Of a DNA stretch of 64,000 nucleotides, positions 59,367 to 64,000 are shown piece by piece. This DNA is from an uncultured Candidatus Saccharibacteria bacterium. GTDB taxonomy: Bacteria; Patescibacteriota; Minisyncoccia; Phycocordibacterales; JAACPR01. The stretch lies in NCBI GenBank assembly GCA_964538855.1, contig CAZIEY010000001.1:18811-82810 (forward strand). The letters run 5' to 3'. Positions within the stretch are counted from its first letter, which is position 1. Every line of letters starts with the position of its first letter. Both the position numbers and the translations under genes were made by a program. Under the pieces are notes generated by a model. The model saw only the letters and a list, made by a program, of their open reading frames with translations, searched no databases and was not told the DNA's origin.

Positions 59367-59490
59367 GCCCCAATTACAAAAACCCTCGATTTTAAAGTCC
59401 TCGGGTCACATCACGTGAGTTCTACAATAGAAATACGTTTATATTGATGCTCAACCAGACTTTTAAAATCGAGGGTTTGTGTAATTGGGG
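59367..59490. repeat. Long-hairpin element E2 (inverted copy of E1)
   Basis: Its reverse complement shares two exact core blocks with E1: TTTTAAAAGTCTGGTTGAGCATCAA (25 nt) and a 28-nt block that differs only at one C/T position. The outer stem shows compensatory changes (ccctcgatt/aatcgaggg here versus ctcccaatt/aattgggag in E1). Confidence 0.6.
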
Positions 59491-59648
59491 TAAGACCCAA
59501 GTTATGCTTTTGCTTTCGGTTTTTTCTTTACTTCTTTTCTACGTGAATTGTTGCCTTTTGCCATGATGTTTGGTTATATTGGTAATGGGGATATTATATA
59601 TCAAAATGATTGTAATTTTAAATACTTATCAAATTTGTAGGCGTAATA

Positions 59649-60365
59649 TTACGAGCGCCAAGCTTCTTTTATTTTTTCTGACATTTTTCTAAAGTACTTA
59701 TCATTCGTGAGCGTGTTATCTAAAAAGGTTTGTTCATCGGCTGTAATTGTGTGGGCGACTGACTTTTTAAGCGCTAGTAATTTAAGCCGTTCAAATCTGT
59801 ATGTCTCGGTATCAGCTTCAAAATGTGGTTTTGAATTCGCATATGGACCGCGCACAACTTTCATAGAAGCCGCGTCAAATCGCGTATCTATTTCGTTAGG
59901 ATATTTTTCCAGCGACGAGAGAAACGTGTAAATATCATCCAGGCTCATTTCAATACCAATTTCACGTAAATCTGAGTCTGACTCTACGTCCATAATATGT
60001 GTCTTCCAAGCCACATACTCATCTGCCAAATCAATTGCGCGTCTCTTTTCTATAAATTCTTGGAGTGCGGGATGTCCGTCCATTTCCTGCTCTATCTTCG
60101 CTTTAGCTTCATCTGAAGCGTTGGGATTTATATATTCAAAATATCGACGCAGAAACAACATACGAACACGTATTGATTCTGTCTGCGCCTCAGTAGCACG
60201 ACGAAGATATTCTTGCAATTCCTGCTTTTCTTCCTCAGAAACGGTGATTTGTAAAATTTGAGGAAACGTCGCCTTGAGAAAAATAAGAGCCAGTTTCTCC
60301 AAGAGTGCTTCATTGAGCGGCTCATTCGATTCAAAATCTGGTTCTCCTGGTTCCGTGAATGGCAT
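59649..60365 (-). CDS. Hypothetical protein
   Basis: 238 aa, acidic and helical. No recognisable motif. Confidence 0.5.
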   Translation of the reverse strand: MPFTEPGEPDFESNEPLNEALLEKLALIFLKATFPQILQITVSEEEKQELQEYLRRATEAQTESIRVRMLFLRRYFEYINPNASDEAKAKIEQEMDGHPALQEFIEKRRAIDLADEYVAWKTHIMDVESDSDLREIGIEMSLDDIYTFLSSLEKYPNEIDTRFDAASMKVVRGPYANSKPHFEADTETYRFERLKLLALKKSVAHTITADEQTFLDNTLTNDKYFRKMSEKIKEAWRS

Positions 60366-60417
60366 GTAATTTATATTAATTAGCTTAGTATTAGTCTTCT
60401 AAATTTTAGTAAATAAA

Positions 60418-61422
60418 TTAAGAAGCCAAGTTAATAAGCATTTTTTCATACTCTCTATCAAGCTCAATATCAGTATCATCGGTCACACCAATTTTCTTTT
60501 CGAGATTTCGATCACCGGGCACCTGGACTCTATCAACTCCCTTCTTTGGTTTTTGTGCACGAATTTCCTCGTTGATAATTTTCACGGAAGTATCATATTT
60601 TTTGCGACTAGTGACTTTATCAATATCAATCGCAATAATAAATCCGCCATGTTCAGTTTCGATGTAGGCGTCACTCATTTCAGAACTGATTCGTGCACCA
60701 ATGAGGGCGCTTGTCATAATCTCAATCAAGTAATTAATATTATAGCCCTTGTAGTTTCCACCCATTGGGAGCAGATTGGAAACTTCCTTTGCATCGAGCG
60801 CCTTGGCCGCATCAGTAGTCAATTCGCCCTCGCCATCAACCGCAGTATTTTCTGGCAAAGGAGTTTGATCTTTTTTAGCGCCTACTATTTTAAAGTATGG
60901 AATTTCTGATGTCGCCATATCAATCACAATGTCGCCCTTGTCGCCTGGGAAAGCATATGTCATGGGATTTGTTCCGAAAATTCCTCTGGTTCCATTAATT
61001 GGTACAACCGCATCTGGTCCACCATTCCAAGCACCAAGCGCGAAAAGTCCGCGTTTTGCTAAGCCCTGTGTCCAAAGATGCATTGTATGCATACCTCCGG
61101 AATTAATAATACTTACCATCGAAATTCCATTTATTTTCGCTTTCTGAACTAATTCATCATGAATTTCTTTAATTTTCAGAGACGGGCCTTTACCCTCGAA
61201 ATCATATTGAGTATAGCCTGGCAAATCAATCGACTTTTTTAGTGTTGGATTTTTACCTTCCCAAGATTTAATATCTTCGATTAGACCTGAGCTATATTTC
61301 TTGCGTGGTGGCTTTCGAATATCGGTTTCAACTATTTCCTCCGCGAAATATTCAGCCTCTTTTGGACTAACATATTTCCCAACAGCTTTAATGAGCAATT
61401 TTTTGATTTCTAATATTTTCAT
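60418..61422 (-). CDS. Ldh_2 family (malate/L-lactate/sulfolactate dehydrogenase type 2) oxidoreductase
   Basis: FGTNPMTYAFPG and IDMATS blocks are characteristic of the Ldh_2 family. Confidence 0.7.
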   Translation of the reverse strand: MKILEIKKLLIKAVGKYVSPKEAEYFAEEIVETDIRKPPRKKYSSGLIEDIKSWEGKNPTLKKSIDLPGYTQYDFEGKGPSLKIKEIHDELVQKAKINGISMVSIINSGGMHTMHLWTQGLAKRGLFALGAWNGGPDAVVPINGTRGIFGTNPMTYAFPGDKGDIVIDMATSEIPYFKIVGAKKDQTPLPENTAVDGEGELTTDAAKALDAKEVSNLLPMGGNYKGYNINYLIEIMTSALIGARISSEMSDAYIETEHGGFIIAIDIDKVTSRKKYDTSVKIINEEIRAQKPKKGVDRVQVPGDRNLEKKIGVTDDTDIELDREYEKMLINLAS

Positions 61423-61425
61423 AAA

Positions 61426-61959
61426 TTAAATTTCTTTAAATGATACGTTAGCCGGCACCGTAAACTTCCCCTCATCCGCAGACCATGCCTCGCAATTATA
61501 ATCGCCGATTTGCTGTGCATTCCATGAATATGAAGCTGACATTGCAGCGCCAGTGTTTACTGCGGCGTTCTCAACGACTTTTGCTTTGAAGCCCGCGGTT
61601 GGCGCCATCGAAGTCCATGTGTACGAATATCCGTCGCGCACGATCAGATTTGTTGCGATGTTCATACCCGCGGTTTGTGTAGCATATTCCCCGCGAATTC
61701 GTCCACCGTCGATGTAGGTGGTGCCGACAGTGTCAGTACCCGCGATGCTTTGATTGACGGTGCATTTGTATGAGCCGCCTTGTTTCAAAAAGTCCGCAAA
61801 TGCCATTTTCTTGCCGGATTCGGTTGGAGCTGAAGCCTGCGGTTGTGGTGCTGCATATTCCTGCACGATATCTGCCGGAGTCTTATTCATTTTCAAATAT
61901 GCAAAGCCTGCGACTGCGGCGAGCACGACGATTATTGAGCCAATTGTTTTGATGTTCAT
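61426..61959 (-). CDS. Hypothetical secreted or membrane-anchored protein
   Basis: An N-terminal transmembrane/signal segment, with two Cys in the mature part. Confidence 0.5.
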   Translation of the reverse strand: MNIKTIGSIIVVLAAVAGFAYLKMNKTPADIVQEYAAPQPQASAPTESGKKMAFADFLKQGGSYKCTVNQSIAGTDTVGTTYIDGGRIRGEYATQTAGMNIATNLIVRDGYSYTWTSMAPTAGFKAKVVENAAVNTGAAMSASYSWNAQQIGDYNCEAWSADEGKFTVPANVSFKEI

Positions 61960-62004
61960 ATAGTAATTTTCGCAGAAATGGAGAGGGTTGGCAAATTATC
62001 CAAC

Positions 62005-62373
62005 TCATCTTCGTATAAATATGCTATAAAAATGCTTCAAACCATTCCCAACTTGTCTGATTACAACCGTAATTTCTTTTCCAGATATAACAACAGTCAA
62101 GCCCCAATATTGAATTTTACTTGTTTCAATTGGTACAATTCTATATTCAATAGAAGCATTTGCTGATTGTATGATGATATCTGCATGTTTTAAAAGCGTG
62201 AGGCGACTCATAATCTCGGAATGTTTTCGAGGCCTCATACCTTTCCAAATCAAATGTTTAAATCCGACATCATTAAAATGAACAATACTATTGCCTATTG
62301 CGGGACAAATAACGTCCTCCAACTTTTTATATCTTTCATGATGGTATCTAAGTATTCTTTTGTAATTATGCAC
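62005..62373 (-). CDS. Hypothetical protein
   Basis: 122 aa. No motif recognised. Confidence 0.4.
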   Translation of the reverse strand: MHNYKRILRYHHERYKKLEDVICPAIGNSIVHFNDVGFKHLIWKGMRPRKHSEIMSRLTLLKHADIIIQSANASIEYRIVPIETSKIQYWGLTVVISGKEITVVIRQVGNGLKHFYSIFIRR

Positions 62374-62526
62374 ATTAAAACCATAGCAAAACAGGTATGA
62401 AGAACACTTAAAGAAAACCTCAAGAAATTCTAAAGTTTCTGCTTGACTTTTTTATGCAAAACACTAATATAAATATATAGCTTGTGGGGCTCACGCTCCG
62501 ATCGGCTCAAGCTGATAGCAAGCCTA

Positions 62527-62556
62527 CAAAAACCCCTCGCGGGGTTTTTGTTTTTA
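62527..62556. terminator. Bidirectional terminator
   Basis: aaaaacccctcgcggggtttttgttttt. Confidence 0.55.
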
Positions 62557-62566
62557 TATACCTCTC

Positions 62567-63121
62567 CTAAAGTTTCTTAAACCCCATCGTAAACATCCCC
62601 GGCGACTCAACTATTTCGGATTTGTCGAGGATTTCTCGCAAAAACTCGGCAATGAGTTCCTTTGTTGCGACGACTTGGCTTTTATCTTCGACCGGAATTT
62701 CGACCTCGAGAAAATATCGCATCTCTGGAGAGTGATCGAATTTCACGCTGTCGATAGTGAGACTGATCGGCGTCCCCTGATATGACCCACTAAACCACTC
62801 GCGGTCTTTTTTGATGGCAAGAGCGTGTGAAAATTCGGCGACTGCAGATTCAAATTGCTCTTTTGAAACTTCGTGCTGATCTTCTTTACGGAAAGGTCGG
62901 CCTTCAATCAACTCCCACACTTTTTCGGTATAGATATATTCGTCGCCCTCATGTCGATATCGCTTCAAATCAAAACCTCCGTGCGGAGATTCTTTGGCTT
63001 CAATATAAAAATCATTTTGAGGAGTCATCCCGCGGAACGCGAAATTCTGCACTTTGAAAACTTCGAGCAATTTTTGCTTTTCTGAGAAAGTGAGCTCGAC
63101 TTTTGTTTCGATTTCGTACAT
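62567..63121 (-). CDS. CYTH-domain protein (triphosphate tunnel metalloenzyme / class IV adenylyl cyclase-like)
   Basis: The N-terminus MYEIETKVEL gives the ExExK signature. The start is set at the ATG at 63121. The track start at 63163 is a TTG. Confidence 0.65.
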   Translation of the reverse strand: MYEIETKVELTFSEKQKLLEVFKVQNFAFRGMTPQNDFYIEAKESPHGGFDLKRYRHEGDEYIYTEKVWELIEGRPFRKEDQHEVSKEQFESAVAEFSHALAIKKDREWFSGSYQGTPISLTIDSVKFDHSPEMRYFLEVEIPVEDKSQVVATKELIAEFLREILDKSEIVESPGMFTMGFKKL

Positions 63122-63180
63122 GGGTGTAAAATAGACCACTGAACAAATCTTTACATTTTTCAAATTAAACTACAGACATA

Positions 63181-63468
63181 CTATACGATTTTCAAATTGC
63201 TCCATGTTCGACCGGCTGACTCAGTAACTAAAATTTCAGCAGTTTTTCCACGCACAACTTTAACTGCATCTTTAGCAAAACCAAGTACCTGATCTCTGGT
63301 ATAGCTTCCTACTATATTATATTCAGCAGACGGAAGCTGATAAATGATTCCATCGTTGGATTCAATAGTTCTGCTAAACCCCAACTGCTCCATCTTCAAA
63401 TGTAGATTATCATAATCTGATTCAGATGAACTTCCTCTTAATAAAATTCTTGTTGTAAATGATGCCAT
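63181..63468 (-). CDS. Conserved hypothetical small protein (95 aa)
   Basis: SDYDNLHLKMEQLGFSRTIESNDGIIYQLPSAEYN resembles a widespread small-protein family (possibly DUF2622 from memory; uncertain). Confidence 0.45.
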   Translation of the reverse strand: MASFTTRILLRGSSSESDYDNLHLKMEQLGFSRTIESNDGIIYQLPSAEYNIVGSYTRDQVLGFAKDAVKVVRGKTAEILVTESAGRTWSNLKIV

Positions 63469-63493
63469 ATATTTTTATATTTAATAGATTATA

Positions 63494-63838
63494 TCACTTC
63501 AAATAAGAATTCTTAGCTCTCAAAAGGTCTATTTGTTTCTGCACATTAGACGCCTTATCATCGACTTCCATAAGTTTATCATACAAACCACCGTAAACTG
63601 AATCTTCGTGTCGAGTTGATAAAATAACTTCAACTGCCACAGTTACCACTATCAAAACAAAGGCAAAAATAACCGCATAAAAAGCGTTCTGATTTTTAGA
63701 TTCTTGCCTATCATTATTATGTTCCTGTCTTTCAACTATTTTTTCGACTTTGACAACTCTTTCAGAAAGGTCCTGTGTAGTTTGAGACTGTGCCACAACC
63801 AAATCAAGAACTTTTTGATCTTTTGGAGCTTTACTCAT
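63494..63838 (-). CDS. Hypothetical membrane-anchored coiled-coil protein
   Basis: One transmembrane segment (AFYAVIFAFVLIVVTVAV). The start is moved to MSKAPKD to avoid overlapping the upstream gene. Confidence 0.4.
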   Translation of the reverse strand: MSKAPKDQKVLDLVVAQSQTTQDLSERVVKVEKIVERQEHNNDRQESKNQNAFYAVIFAFVLIVVTVAVEVILSTRHEDSVYGGLYDKLMEVDDKASNVQKQIDLLRAKNSYLK

Positions 63839-63848
63839 ATCAGTCAGA

Positions 63849-64000
63849 ATAAAAACCTGCAATTTTTAATGGACCTTCACTGTTATTTTGAAGATCAATT
63901 GCTATTGCTCGACTCTTATATAAATGAAAATCTATACCGCCATAGACAACCCCTTTTTGAAATTTGAAACCTGCATCATAAATCGTTGAACCTACTTCAA
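63849..64000 (-). CDS. Hypothetical protein, C-terminal fragment; the gene continues off the window
   Basis: An open minus-strand frame ending ...GPLKIAGFYSD with a TGA at 63849-63851. It is not in the ORF track. Confidence 0.35.

Noticed and set aside
52938-59490. E1/E2 as terminal inverted repeats of a composite transposon
   Set aside because: There is no transposase, integrase or target-site duplication. Both copies sit exactly at gene 3' ends with flanking A/T runs, so a terminator or REP-like role is more parsimonious. Inversion remains a remote possibility.
59510-59572. Tiny basic ORF MAKGNNSRRKEVKKKPKAKA on the minus strand between E2 and the next gene
   Set aside because: It has no SD and no recognisable ribosomal-protein match, so it may be a chance ORF. 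It was noted but not annotated.

Overview
This is a 64-kb stretch of a gene-dense, low-GC bacterial chromosome; most genes are about 40-46% GC. No rRNA, tRNA, CRISPR array, transposase or integrase was recognisable. Reduced-genome traits (129-aa ATP synthase delta, a 470-aa AspRS without the GAD insertion, many leaderless genes) suggest a Patescibacteria/CPR-like organism, but that is inference.

Core content:
- a complete F1Fo ATP synthase operon on the minus strand (atpI-like, atpB, E, F, H, A, G, D, C)
- cmk and a partial rsmE
- glycolysis genes eno, gpmI and a PGI/PMI-type isomerase
- oxidative pentose-phosphate genes zwf and gnd
- a phosphoketolase-acetate kinase pair translationally coupled to a MacAB/HlyD-type ABC exporter
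- murC, murD, truB, typA, a DEAD-box helicase, rlmB and an ABC-F ATPase
- lexA, mscL and a cold-shock protein
- aspS preceded by a T-box leader
- a VanY peptidase, two tandem M14 carboxypeptidase paralogues and a PAP2 phosphatase
- NYN, ATP-grasp, CYTH, Cas4-like, ASCH-fusion and ParB-DM13-fusion proteins

Unusual structure seen directly in the sequence:
(1) Several small, markedly GC-rich genes (50-62% GC) are scattered among AT-rich housekeeping genes. They include a 24-aa YGK-repeat peptide, a 39-aa lipopeptide and proteins of 57, 85, 86, 115 and 180 aa. Each has a canonical -35/-10 promoter, a Shine-Dalgarno sequence and an intrinsic terminator. Resident genes are instead typically leaderless, with a TAYAAT box 6-8 nt before the ATG.
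(2) A roughly 110-nt long-hairpin element occurs twice in opposite orientation (52938-53050 and 59367-59490), with compensatory base changes in its outer stem.
(3) A near-identical ~45-bp promoter module (GGGTTTNTGGACACTTGACT...TATTAT) is duplicated at 37884 and 39919.
(4) Consensus sigma70 promoters are followed by ORF-less transcripts that end in terminators. Candidate ncRNAs sit at 1373-1606 and 35449-35506; a C-rich attenuator-like leader precedes cmk.
(5) An SD-equipped 25-aa Pro/Arg-rich uORF spans a terminator hairpin and overlaps the start of an AI-2E transporter gene by ATGA.

Functional assignments rest on recognisable motifs in the supplied translations. No database search was possible.
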